From: Amoeboaphelidium protococcarum X5
Lineage: Eukaryota; Fungi; Aphelidiomycota
NCBI GenBank assembly: GCA_023515725.1
Contig: JALDTO010000214.1
Location: forward strand, 124,001 to 188,000
Direction: 5' to 3'
DNA: 64,000 nucleotides
Position 1 is the stretch's first letter, and each line of letters starts with the position of its first letter. Below the pieces are notes generated by a model that ran no database searches, was not told where the DNA came from, and saw only the letters and a program-made list of their open reading frames with translations. A program made the position numbers and the translations under genes. Below are positions 26,989-40,115 of the stretch, piece after piece.

Positions 26989-28341
26989 ATGGTTATAGTG
27001 TCCGATATATTGCGTTATACTGCTCCGCCTAGAGAGCATGTTGATAGGGATAATGGAAGCTCTGAAGAACCAACCAAGCCAAAGAATCCTCTTGTTATTG
27101 ATAATGATCACATTTGCCAACGGTGGACCCATTTTAATGAAGACATTATTGTGCCATTTAATGATTTTATTTAGAATAAGCTGGAAGTTGATTGTGATAT
27201 CAGATTGAAAACTAAAAATCCCGTAATAGTTGGTGAATAGTCCTTGTATGGAGTATTGGTGTCGTATTATTGTACTCTTATTGAAGAGTTGTTTTCAGCA
27301 CTTGGACATGACATCCGCATTGAATAAGGCTCTCAGGATGTGATTCTTGATCCTGATTTTGTAGTCAGTTATCAGAAAGATCCCTCTCTGGAACCTACTT
27401 ACATTCTTCCTATTGAGGTTAAAACGGACTGGGCATTTGATGTTTAAGGTCAGTTGTACGATTTGAATATTCTCAATACTTCCAAGGTCAAGGATGCAGT
27501 CTAGTAGATTTATGGGTATATGACGGCTAATCATTTCAGATATGGGATATTGTGCACTTATGAACGTTTTTATTTTATGAGACGTGGTGGATATAATGGC
27601 TAGCAGAAGACAATGCTTGAGATTAGCGATGTGGTTGATTACCAATAATTAGAGCCTTTTACTATAATGAAGGCGTTGTGTGCCATCGTTCACCTTGCTA
27701 AGACTGATTTTTTCTTGTAGTCTCCATTCGGTACTCCACATGTTACGAGGGAGTCATTTCCTGGGAATCAGGAAGTATAATTTGTCAAGTAATAGATCAA
27801 GTTTCATGATATATGCTTTGGACAACGCGTCACTCGCTCTAGTGTTGGATCTATAGTCAAATATGGAGAAGATTCTGAGTTATTGATGAAAATTGTGGAT
27901 TGTCTCAAGCATAAGAATGAATTTTAGATTGAGAAGCTTTAAACAGAGGTGAAAGCTTACCAATTATTAGCAGAGTTGCAAGGAATCTGTATTCCAACCT
28001 TCCATGGCTATTTCTGCGGCAGTGGCTGGGTTGACTTTATCGTCATGAAGAATGTGGGTACTTCTATAAGAAGACAACTATGGAATGGTGTTGTATAGGC
28101 CACGCCATCGTTCCAAGAAGAAGTTATATTTTAAGTGGCAATTATTCTACAAGAATTGCACAGACGTGGAGTTGCGCATGGCGATGTCAGACTGCCCAAT
28201 GTTGTGCGAGATGATCAAGATTAACTGTTTCTGATTGATTTCTCGGATGCTGTCTTTAGATGTGATGATGAGTTGGAGTTCAACGCCGAATGTAAGAGAG
28301 ATTGGGAGTTTTTGGCCAATTTATTTAATGTAAACTATTGA
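26989..28341 (+). CDS. PD-(D/E)XK restriction-endonuclease-fold + atypical kinase protein, copy 1 (450 aa)
   Basis: LDPDFVV...LPIEVKT...AVQQIYGYM...YGILCTY (nuclease); LMK, EVKAYQLL, HGDVRLPNVV, LIDFS (kinase); intronless. Confidence 0.85.
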
Positions 28342-28433
28342 TCAACTGGTTAATTGCATTATTGCTGGAATAATAAATATATTTGAAATTGCTTACGAAA
28401 ATGGCACCTATTGGTGACAATCTTACAGAACTG

Positions 28434-28497
28434 TGACTCTTTGCAAGCCGGTCTTCCAGTATAAGGAACATTTTGAAAGTCATCTGAAACAATCAAT
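28434..28497 (+). repeat. Boundary repeat copy 2 (decayed C12orf4 C-terminus)
   Basis: Reads LFASRSSSIRNILKVI* versus live LFAGVSSQIRNIFKAI*. Confidence 0.8.
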
Positions 28498-28791
28498 TCA
28501 AATTATAGCTTTTACCGAATTAAGTGAGGCCTTAACTCTTAACGATGAAGAAAGAGAGACTTACGTTGTAATTCTCAGAAACATTTAAAGATATCGAAGA
28601 TCTTATCTAGCCCTTCAATTAATTTGTGTTACTTTCGCGTTGAACTGATTAGACGGGATCACTTGCACATCGAATTCATCGCGATTCTGATAGGTCAATG
28701 TTTTATCAGTTTGAAACAATTCAATTCTTTTTCGTCTTTCTCATTTTCTTTTCTAAACAATTTACGAGTTTAACTGTGTTTACAAAATCTT

Positions 28792-30144
28792 ATGATCAAA
28801 GTATCCGATATATTGCAGTATAACGCTCCCCCTAGAAAGCGTGTCGATAAGGGTAATAGAAGCTCCGAAAGAACAACCATTCCAAAGAATCCGCGTTATA
28901 TTGAAAATGATCACACTTGCCAAAGATGGACGTATTTTGATGAAGACATTATTGTGCCGTTTAATGATTTTATTCAGGATAAGTTAGGCTTTGATTGTAG
29001 AGACTTATTGAATACGGACGATCCTTTGGTATATGGCGAATAATCGTTGTATGTAGTTTTAGATCGGTATTATTGTAATCCCATTGAAGCGATGTTTAAA
29101 GCACTCGGAGACAAAGTCTGCATTGAAATAGGCGCTCAAAATGTGATACTTGATCCTGATTTTGTAGTCAGTTATCAGAAAGATCTCTCTCTGGAACCTA
29201 CTTACATTCTTCCTATTGAGGTTAAAACGGACTGGGCATTTGATGTTTAAGGTCAGTTGTACGATTTGAATATTCTCAATACTTCCAAGGTCAAGGATGC
29301 AGTCTAGTAGATTTATGGGTATATGACGGCTAATCATTTCAGATATGGGATATTGTGCACTTATGAACGTTTTTATTTCTTGAGACGTGGTGGATCTAAT
29401 GGTTAAGACAGGAAGCTGCTTGAGATTAGCGATGTGGTGCGTTATCAGTAATCATAGCCTTTTACTGCAATGAAGGCGTTGTGCGCGATAATCCATATGG
29501 CTAAGACTGATTTCTTCATGACATCACCTTTTAGCACTCCTATCGTGACTAGGAAATCATTGGCAGTTACAAGGGGCAATCTATATATAAAGCAGTAGAT
29601 CATGTTTCATGATATATAGTTTGGAGAGCGTATTACACGCTCCAGCGTTGGATCTATCGTAACCGTTGGGAGAAATCTGGAGTTATTGATGAAAATCGTC
29701 GACTGCTGGAAAGATAGTAATTAAGGTCAAATTGAAAAACTGAAGAAAGAGGTGAAAGCTTACCAATTATTAGCAAAGTTGCAAGGAGAGTGTATTCCAA
29801 CCTTCCATGGCTATTTCTGCGGCAGTGGTTGGGCAGATTTTATTTTAATGAAAAATGTCGGGACTCCTGTAAGTATGACGACTCCTGATGGTACTGTATA
29901 AGATACGTCATAGTTGGAAGATGAGATTAAAAGCTCCGTTTATAAGATTTTAGTAAAATTGCACCAACTTGGGGTTGCGCATGGCGATGTCAGACTGCCC
30001 AATGTTGTGCGAGATGATCAAGATTAACTGTATCTGATTGATTTCACGGAGGCTGTCTTTAAATGTGACGGTGAGGAGGAGTTCACCTCCGAATGTAAGA
30101 AAGATTTGGAATGCTTGAACAATTTGTTTAATGGAGGCCAGTGA
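28792..30144 (+). CDS. PD-(D/E)XK nuclease + kinase protein, copy 2 (450 aa)
   Basis: Same length and motifs as 26989-28341, offset 1803 bp. Confidence 0.85.
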
Positions 30145-30227
30145 TCGATTGTTTTATCATATCACTGATGTACTTAGAAATTTATTTGGAATTGATCACA
30201 AAAATGGCTCTTATTAGGGCGAACTAT

Positions 30228-30295
30228 GTCTCTTTGCACGCGTGTTTCTATCGCGATTACTCAGAAATCATTGAAAGGCATCTGTAACGAATAAT
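30228..30295 (+). repeat. Boundary repeat copy 3 (more decayed)
   Basis: tctctttgcacgcgtgt...gaaaggcatctgtaacgaataat resembles copies 1 and 2. Confidence 0.6.
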
Positions 30296-30412
30296 TAAAA
30301 TCTAAAATTGCAAACTCGTTTCACATTTTTGTTTCATCTTCTCTTCTCTGATCTCTCGCATTTGATTTTATCAGTTGCTTTGGAACTTCCATCTATTGAT
30401 CTATCCAAAGCA

Positions 30413-31792
30413 ATGACTGTTCAAGAAGCATTTTCTTAGGATGACAAGTAGTCCTTTATTCACGGTAAGAATTAAAATGATAATTAGAATAATACGATCA
30501 TGATTAATTTGTAGTTGAAGTGTGTGTAAAAGAAGACTCAACTGTGAGTCTGGACGCGTTAAAGATGCAAGTGCGTGACGTTCTCAAGTCTCTGAACAAG
30601 CTGATACTTTGCCCTTCCAATATCACGTCTCTTGTAAAGATTCCTGTAGTCCAATCTGTAATGCTATATGATGACTCCGCGTGTGAGATCCACTACATCA
30701 ATCTATCTAAAGTGTCCAGCTTCAAAATTCACATCTACGAGCTCAATCTGGAGTCGGCGATGGACGTTCGCGCCGATGAAACGGCCGATCCGCAAGATCA
30801 AATCTCGACTTTCACCGAGGATATTGTTCCGAGCAAAGCATTCGACGGACTTTGGGAGTCACTGGTATTCAAGGATGGAACTCCTGAAAAGCTGCTGAAG
30901 TACATAAGTGCCACTCTTAAGTTGTCAGACCGCAGAGTTAGTGAGAAAATCATTTCTTACAATCGCGTTATCCTTTTACATGGCGAACCAGGCAGTGGTA
31001 AGACTACCTTGTGCAAAGCCCTGGCTCAAAAGTTATCCATAAGATTTGGTGAAAGGTATTTCATGCGTATCATTAGTGATAGAGTTTGATACTATTCTGT
31101 GTAGATATTCTTATGGCAAGTTTATCGAGATTAATGCCCACTCACTATTTTCAAAGTGGTTTAGTGAGAGTGGAAAGCTGGTGATGAAGATGTTTGAATG
31201 TATCAAAAAGTCTTTGGCAGATCCACACGCTTTCGTTACCGTGCTGATTGACGAAGTTGAGTCTCTGGCTACGATAAGAAACAGTGGGAGTGAGCCATCT
31301 GATGCATTGCGCGTGGTCAATGCTCTTCTGACTCAACTCGATGGTATCAAAAGTTACCCAAATGTGTTGATAATGGCAACCTCCAATTTATCTCATTCAA
31401 TTGATTTGGCATTTATTGACCGTGCAGACATAAAGCTGCATATTGGGAAGCCGTGTCATGAAGCAATTTATCAGATACTACGTTCTGCTGTCATTGAGCT
31501 CGCAAGAACTGGCATTATTTCGTTGGGAGGTCAAACCATTATGGATTTGTACGAAATTCAAGTCTTTCTCAAGTACAATGATAAGCCGGTTCGTTAATCA
31601 GTGGAAAGCAGTATTTAACTGTGGAATATCTCGATCAGCGCCACCGGTCTAAGCGGAAGAACTTTGCGCAAGTTGCCCGTTTTGACCATTGCCAATTGTC
31701 CCAGCGAGGCACCGATATCCATTGAAGACTATCTGAATCAATTTCACAAGCAGACTACCATGGAATTTCAACAGAGAAAGCACTTTGAATGA
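30413..31792 (+). CDS. PCH2: Pch2/TRIP13 AAA+ ATPase
   Basis: [65 protein letters not shown]; introns 30465-30514, 31056-31104. Confidence 0.95.
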
Positions 31793-31980
31793 GATTATAC
31801 CGTAATTGGTAATTTATTGGTACTTCTCGTACAATACATGAAGTAAGGATGTTTAATCTTTGATCAATCTTTTCCTTCATCGCCCTTTGGATTCTCTTTT
31901 GTCTCTTTTAGCTCAAAGGTATCTGCCGTAATTAAGCCTGGTCAAGATACTTAAGGTAAAAGTTCTTTTTAATAAATTCT

Positions 31981-34900
31981 ATGAATTAATAAAAGAAGGA
32001 AGATCAGTAAGGCGAATAAGAGTTTGACCGTCCGATACCATTCTTTAGTGAGGGTCAGGATGATCCGTTCGGTGGATTTGGTCAGTAGCATTCATCTACT
32101 GGTGCTGTGGACTTTGGCAGCAACTAGACTGCGAGTGTCAACTATTAGACTGCTGATCAACAGGTGAATGGTTATGGAAACGATTTCTCAATGTCTGGTT
32201 CTTAGTACTAACAATTTGATGCTCCGATGGCACAACAGTTCAGTTCTAACCGGAATGCCGATGTTGCTTCATTCCACTTTGAATCTAATGGTGTTCCATA
32301 GTAGTAAGTTCCTTAGAATGATCCGTTTGGCTAGAATTATTCATCTTCGAACGATCCATTGCCTTATGACTAGTAGTAGAATTTTGATTTTACTGATTAA
32401 ACTTAAGCTTAGTAGTATCAGTAGAATGGCGATGCTGCTGGGACATAAGACTAGGATGATGATTTTGGGTATTTAGACGACTTTGAGGTTGAGCAGTTGT
32501 TAAAGGCGGACTATGATCGTCATCAAGATATTGATCTAAATGATAATAATACTGAGAATGTGGTCGTTGGAGCACAATAGGTGTTTAGTTCAAGTGGTTA
32601 GTAGAATCAGTTTAAAGGCAATCCTGTAGATGTAATGACCGATGACTTGGATCAACTGGTGCTGTCCCATACTCCATAAAGGACCGTCACTGCGTAAAAG
32701 CCTGATGTGTCCCAACCTGTTAAGGCAAGCGAAAGATTTTAAGCTGTTTAAGGGTAGCATGTTCCTGCCACTAATGACGATCACCTTTAATAGGATAATA
32801 CAGCAGAGCAGTTGTTTGGGGAGGATAACTTTGACCAGCAGTAATATGAGCCGTCCACATCTTTCGACTTTAAGGCTGGCGATGGTGACTAGTTAGCTAA
32901 TGAAGCTCCGCCTGGATACATGGCTGGAGATTTTGCTCAGTCTGAATATGGGGACTAATCTTAATATGCTCAATAACAGCAAGAATTAGAGCCTAATCAT
33001 CTTAATGAGTAGAATGTGTCTGGATACTAGTCTGATGCTAGCCATGCTGTGAACAACTAAGGTTATTAATCGGACACTTTTCAACGGGATTTATCTCCTC
33101 AGAAAAGCGTCAAGTCTCCTCCCGGTGGCAGTACTGTTAAACAGGCTTTGTCTGTTACTTCTTAGTATAGTGGCACGTATAGCCACAATTAGTCGGTAGA
33201 GTAGGCTTATGGTGGTTATGATTACAATGCTGCGAATGGTTCTTAACAGTATGCCTATGACTCTTCTTACAACTATTAGTATCAGCAGCAGCCTCAGAGC
33301 TAATCTTATGATCATTAGTAGTATTCTTATGGCTAGTAATCGCAATCGGTGTTATCAGATGGTCACAATTAGCAGAAGTCATTTCCACAGTCTGAAGATG
33401 ATGTTTAATGTTCAGTATCACACCGTGCCACTACCGTTGATTCAAAGCCGTGTGGTAAATGCAAGAAGATGAATGACAAGGAGGCGAATTTCTGCAGCAA
33501 GTGTGGTTCTGCTTTAGCATCTGTGATGAGCCCAGATTCGTCGGTGTAGCTGTAGAATGGCCCTAGTGCGCTGCCGTAGAGGTTACTTTCTCCTCCTAAT
33601 AGAAGCAGTTTTGGCTCATTGGACTCAAAGTTTAGTCGTTATAGCGCTCCAACGTATTACAATATTGATTAGAATTCTCATTCTGAGATGCCATAAGGTG
33701 ATTACGCAAATGGATATGCGATTGATTAAGGTTATCCTGCTGGAGCCGGTACTTACACCGGTGTCCACACCTAATTGAATGAACAACCGGAGAGTTAAGA
33801 GATTCCCCAGCAGTCTCTCACGCCTCAGCCGCCTACCGATGATAGATCATGGAAAAAAGGATGTGCTCTATTATCTTTTGGCTTTGGAGGTAGAATGATC
33901 TGCATGTTCCCCAAGTAGTCCACCAGATACATGTCTGTGAATGGTCGAATGCAGTAAGTGTCCAAATTGTATCCAGGAATGGTGGCGGTGCATAATATGT
34001 CAAAATTGGTTGATTCAGCATTCACGCAGATTATTACTCTTAATGGACCTGTTGGCAAGTTAAAGAAGAAAGATCTTTTAAAGTTCATTAGTGATCATCA
34101 GTCCGCTTCATTTAAAGATGATCATATACTGTGGAGTTTGTTAAAGACTGTAGCCGAAAGTGATGGTAAGATTTTGGCGTCTGGATTATCTCAAGCCGTG
34201 CTCAGCAAAGTTTTAGAATCTGACAAGCTGTAAAGTTTAGATTTGTAAATGTCTACTCCAACGCCTCACATTGATGTTCTTAATGAAGTGAGGACTCTAT
34301 TGATGTAAGGTAAGAGAAGCGATTGCATTCCGTTGTTACTGCGGGCGCACTTGTATGATCATGCCTTGATTATTGCTGCGCATTGCTCTAAAGAAGTGTA
34401 TAATGAAGTTTTGGTCGCAGTTGCTGCTTAGTCTGCGGATGGTGATCCTCTGAAGATTCTATATCAGTCATTCATTGGGCATATTCAGGTGTCGCCTGAT
34501 GTTGATTACTCACAAAGCTGGCGGTAGATAGTGACTACAATCGTGGCGAATAAACCTGCCCAGGAAAGTATATGCCTAATGCAGCTTGGTGATATTCTAG
34601 CAAGGTAAAATATTTATGCGTCTCATCTGTGCTACGTACTGGCATCTTCATCTCAGGATGCTCTGGCTCTGAAGATTTAGGTGCTCGGTGTGAGAAGATT
34701 GTAGCTTATCCATGGTTTTAAGCCTGGCGACTTGGCGATGAGTGAAGTGTTTGAACATTATTAGCAACTAGCATTTGGAAGTGTTAGTCCTCTCCTTGTC
34801 GGGTATAAATTATGGATGGCTGCTCTGTTGATCGATGCCGGTCACAGTGCGATTGCGGGGAAGTATTGCGAGGCTGTGGTGTCCTAAATCAAGTAATTTA

Positions 34901-36789
34901 ATAAGCCATCTCCGTACGTGAATCCATAAGTGATGAAGCTGCTGCAATCCATATCTGAATAGTTATCATCATCTGGCACTGCTGTATAAAGCGGTGGAGA
35001 TGGTTCATGGCTGGCTAAAATGCCGTAAGGTTTATTCGATGCCTTTGATCGGGGATTGACCAAGATCATTGGTGTTGAGAGTGAGCAGCAATAGTAGCAG
35101 TTGTAGTAATAGATACAATAATAGAAGCGTGCCGATACTTTGACAATGAAGAAAGACACTACTATGTAGTCTTCCACTATGTCTGCATCTGGCGGTGGCA
35201 TTTCACCTAGTAGCAAGAGTGAGCAAAGTCAGAATTTGTACTCCTCTTCTGCTACATCGTAGTAGGCTCCATAAGCGTACGGGTATTCTGATCAGTTGTA
35301 TGGTGGATATGGATATGACGCGCAATCGGTAGCTTCTACCGGTAATTAGTAAATGTCCTAGTAGAGCACTTTTACCGCACAGTCCATGTCCAACTCCACG
35401 TACGATAGCCAGAAGAATCCAGTCAAGATTTATTAAGAGTAGTAGTTGCCTCCTCAGTAGCTATAGCAAGAGCAGTCATAGTCTGGCACGGTGTCTGATC
35501 CGTATTAGTCATAGTAAAGTTATGGTGTTTATTCCTATCAGCAGTAGCAAGTGGTGACAACTGTAGATTAAGGCCAAGAAATGTATAGTAGTTCTCAAAC
35601 TTATCAGCAGTATGGACAGTATCAATAGTAGTATTCGGGATACTAGTCTTATGATGAACAGAACTAATCTTAAAAGCCGACTGGCGAAAGTAATACTGAT
35701 GATTAGACATAGTATGGTTATTAATAGTAGTAGGATTTAAATGCTGGCGGAGTTAGTTAAGCGTAGAACATTGAATAGGTGCCCAAGTAGCCATAAAGTG
35801 GCGCTCCTTAAGCTTTAAAGACTGAACAGAAGGGCGAAGAGACCTCTGTTTACTAGTAGTTCTCTGATCCGCAGCCATTAAAAGATCAGTCAGTTATTCA
35901 AAGTGAATTTGAATAGGCTCCTAATCAGTATTAGGAATAGTAGTAACACATCATTGCACCTTAGACCGCATATAACCAAGGCTAGTAGTATCAGGAGTAG
36001 TAGAAACCTGATGGGGACAATTATTTAGACGATCTTGGGTTCGGTAATAACAGTTTGTCCAAGAATAAGCCGGATAATCAGCGAGATGGTGGTAACCAGT
36101 AGAAGAGTGAATAGTCTGGTGGTGCCTCGACTCAAAGCGATTTTTAGAGTGGAGGAGATGCGATCAAGTAGGAAACGAATGCTGATGGATCCATCATCAC
36201 AACTCTCTCCAGAGCGCTATCATTTTTGAGACGGGACAAGTCTAATGCGTCGAATACAAGTCAATCCTCGGCGGGCGGTGGTGCTGGATCTTCCTCTGGC
36301 GGACCCAAGTAAGTGAATCTTGGTGAGAAGAGTAAATTCTACTATGACCCCGTTTTGAAGAAGTGGGTTAATGAGGCGGCACCTAAAGATAGTGACGATA
36401 AAGATAAGCCGCCTATAGCGCCTCCACCAAAGATGTCCATGACTCGTCCGCCATCTGCATAGCCACCTCTGCAGTCTTATAGCACTGGTAGTTTGGTGAG
36501 TCAATCAACTCCAAACTCGAGAATGACAACACCTGTTCCGCCCTCCTCGCTAAGTGGTGCGGCTGGTAGTAATATAAGTGGCTCTGAGAGTAATATGTAA
36601 TTCCCGCAGTCTCGAAAGATGGGCACGTTGAGAAGAAATGCAAGATCTCGGTATGTTGACACGTTTAATCCATCCTCTAATGATGGATCATCCGTGGCAT
36701 CTTCTGCAAGGAACTCGTCTTCATCCTTTTTACCTCCCACAGCCGCTGCAATGGTTAGTGATTAAGGAGACAGCGCAGAGTAATCATGA
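31981..36789 (+). CDS. SEC16: COPII assembly protein Sec16 (1602 aa)
   Basis: SFGFGGRM, YDHALIIA, LGDIL..ASHLCY, YKLWMA..AGKYCEAV, DDLGFGN, LGEKSKFYYDPVLKKWVN, RSRYVD; Q-rich regions largely encoded by TAR. Confidence 0.9.
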
Positions 36790-36920
36790 TATCATAATAG
36801 TAATAAAAAAGATGATTATTAGTGATAATTAAGGGAAATTAAATTCAGCATTTCTTATCATGGCTCTTAATTACAGACAGTACCTCATAGTAAACATAGC
36901 TGTGAACTACAAATGTATAA

Positions 36921-37361
36921 TCAAAGCATATTATATGTAAAGATCCAAGCCAGCAGAAAGGTTGACATTCCAGGCATGATGTGAGTCTTGAGCGCGTCTT
37001 CATAATTGTACTGTTCTGCACCAAAAACACCTTGCAGAGCATACTTGGACAACATTGATGATCCTGAAAAATATCTACACTTGATCGCTTTCATTTTATA
37101 ACCAGATTATAATAATTTGAAAGGTTTAAAAGCATTGCTTTATGGTAATAATATTCTTACATTGCAAATCCAGCATAACCAGAACTTTAACTAAAGGCGG
37201 CCATCAATCCGAGAGCGATAGCGATAACTTGATGAACTACAAAGACATTAAATACGCTCTACAATCACTAGTTTAATTGAGTAGGTATGTAAAGTACGGT
37301 TAAATTGTATTAAATATATAACTGAAATTACCTACTAGCTTTATGAGGAAGGCGACGACAT
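36921..37361 (-). CDS. Rab5ip-family (RAB5IF/OPTI or EMC6-like) small membrane protein
   Basis: HQVIAIALGLMAA..GYAGFAIYF...PGMSTFLLAWIFTYN; introns 37259-37331, 37075-37160. Confidence 0.7.
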
Positions 37362-37484
37362 TTTTGGTGCAAAAGACTTGATCAACTTTTGGATAGAAGA
37401 AACAACAAAGGGGAATAAAAGACAATAAAATACAAAAGTTCAATCCTTTTAGATAACACAGTGATAATCATAAAAGTAAATTAT

Positions 37485-38741
37485 TCATAGAGATAATGGT
37501 TCCAAGACTTCACGCGGCCCATCTCCAACTCGAGTGGATATAACGCGTTTAATAGATCCAATATCAAGTAGAATTGGATGAACCGTGCGCAATTATTACA
37601 AGATGGACAGGCTACTTTGAGGTAATTCCTTCATTATCAAACAGTGATCAGGTCGAGAACCTTATTCCAATAAAGACAAGTCGAACAATGTACTGAGAGC
37701 AGATAGAACCAGGTCATAATCTTGATCCAGAAAGTACAGGACAGCATTTGGACCAGCGTCGAACGTGTAAGCCAACACCATTCTACCTGCCGCTTGATTA
37801 AACTTGTGCACCCACGCAATCACCTGCTTTGAAGTGTCATTCAAGTAGAATATAGGAGGATAAGTGTCCATACAGACGGCATGGAAGCTGTTTGAATCCT
37901 GCATGGTGAGATGCGCGAAAGTGGCAAAGTCTTTAGCGAAAATGGCACGTTCCATCTATTCCATTCTACCAGATACAACTTCGCGTACTCTATGCTAGAA
38001 CAGGGGAGAGGTTTACACAGTCTACTGCATCCCAGCGGTAGAGCTAACATCCTTTTTGGCATCATTCACCACTAGGATAAAGGCTCTCATCTCTGGCCAG
38101 TGCTACTTGGAAGCCACTTGGACTGCAACGCTATCATGGCCACTATCCGCGGCACCCATCTCCCATTTTACATACCCGCCGAATAGACTTCTGCACGCAC
38201 TTCCACTGCCTTGCCTCGCTAGACGGCTCAACTGAGTTAAAGACTCATCACTCAAGTCATTTAGACCGTACACACTGGCAAGAGTAACGACAAAGCACGC
38301 CAATCCACTGGCGGATGAAGCTAGACCGGCAGCGGTGGGAAAATTGTTTTCGCTAACAATTCGCAATGGCCACTACGACAATGGAAGGCATTTAGAGGCG
38401 GTGGTTGTGGTGGTAGTATCCATTTGCTCCTACTCCAACTAGGCTCGCTATAAACGCAGCTAACTCACAATCTTGATCATGCGTGTACTCAGCGGCTCTT
38501 TAACTCCATTCAACCAGAACTCAACATCATCGCTACTATCGCTTGACTATTAACTTCCACCCTGAGGACTATAAACGCGTACGGTAGTCTTGGAGTGCAG
38601 GTCATCAGTGTCCAGTGTGAGTGAGAGCGAACTATTAGTGGGTAAAATTAGTTCAGTGTCGCGCTTCCCCCAATACTTCACCACCGCAATATTTACTGGC
38701 GCAATGAATGTCTTTTCAACAAATTCAACTTCTTAAGTCAT
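37485..38741 (-). CDS. MVD1: Diphosphomevalonate decarboxylase
   Basis: [52 protein letters not shown]. Confidence 0.97.
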
Positions 38742-39217
38742 ATTCGATTATAAGCGACTTTAGAAATAGACTAAACTTATTAGAGCTTTCAAGAGCTTCA
38801 GACTTGGACTTCGCGGAGTGGGAAGAGAAAAGCATCAAAACTGCGCCTTCAAACAAGGCAAGTTAAATTCAGCGTTTTCACTGTGGTGGCAACGAATCCT
38901 GAATATCTTTGTTAATATAATGACCTTATAACGGGATCAAATAATCCATCATAAGAATAAATTGTATCATGAATTTTTATTATCTGCATTCATTTTATTT
39001 AAAGCTCAGTCACAAATCCCTTATGTTCAGTTCAAACCGCGTGGCGACTAAACCCTTTACGATTTGACTTGATGAAGCGGAGAGAACTTTGATGTTATTT
39101 TTCAATCTTCACGTATTTTAACCTTACATAATGCATACAATGTTCGCGCGTAGATAACAAAGGAAGATATTACTTGAATTTATAATTATATGCGCCTCTG
39201 TCAATTCAGTATGGTCA

Positions 39218-40015
39218 ATGAATCGCCAGAATGTCAGGTATCTTTACCAAGGAGCAGCATCACAGTAGAGATAGGCTCAACCTTCGCGACCGATAGGCAG
39301 GTGGGCTCCGTCACTGGAAAGTGTCATCGAAAATCACGAGAATTATGTATAGTAACATCAGCCTCTGATAGATGATTTTAGCGATATTGGCGATCATGAA
39401 AATCTTGCTAATCCATTAACTCTTGCAGCGGCTGATATCTACTATCCTCTGCCTGATGAATAACCTAAAGTATCGCCACCCGCATCTGTATCTCATGTTG
39501 GATCAGTCGAGCGACAATCATAATCAATCGTGCCCCACGCGTAATCGCGCTCCTAGTCCAGATTGGGGCTCTTTATATCTCGGCTCCCTGGTGTAAAGTA
39601 ATATGACTCAATAATCAACAAAGGTCTGATGGGGATGCAAACTTTGGATCTACGGCTTATAGCAGAGTCTTACCTGGAAGCAAAGTTCTATACACGGCAT
39701 CGGAATGAGGCACGGTTATCTTGTATATTTAGCTTCTGCAATGGCGTTATTGCCCGCAGTAGAGATCATCCTCTTGGAATTCCGCTGGCAGTAGCGAGTG
39801 GTGTCTCTGCCATTGGAATGGAAATCGTGCTTAATCGTTTGCGGAGGTTGCGGCGTGATATATAGTAGTTTCTATGCAATCACGATGGTGGATGTTTCCT
39901 GATGGATTAGATTGAGTAATTGGACTATAGTACTCCTAAGTCTATTTCAGTGAACGTTTAGCGGTTGTTGAATGAGTTACGTGTCCATAATGAACTCCCT
40001 CTGCTCGGATAATGA
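39218..40015 (+). CDS. Hypothetical protein (265 aa)
   Basis: Open frame ATG..TGA with TAR=Q, includes ORF 39629; no motif recognised; start uncertain. Confidence 0.6.
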
Positions 40016-40115
40016 TGATTTATAAGTAGAATATAGTCAGCAGATGGAAATTAGATAATAGATCTTGTATATTAACTTTTATCTTCATTGGCAGCATACA
40101 ATATGTACATTAATA

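Noticed and set aside
26989-30144. Interpretation as a classical transposon
   Set aside because: No terminal inverted repeats, LTRs, transposase or reverse-transcriptase motifs seen; mobility remains an inference from the flanking duplications.
35080-36010. Repetitive tag/taa/cag-rich DNA resembling a satellite or array
   Set aside because: It is the Gln/Tyr/Gly-rich low-complexity coding region of Sec16; no fixed-length repeat-spacer structure, so not CRISPR.
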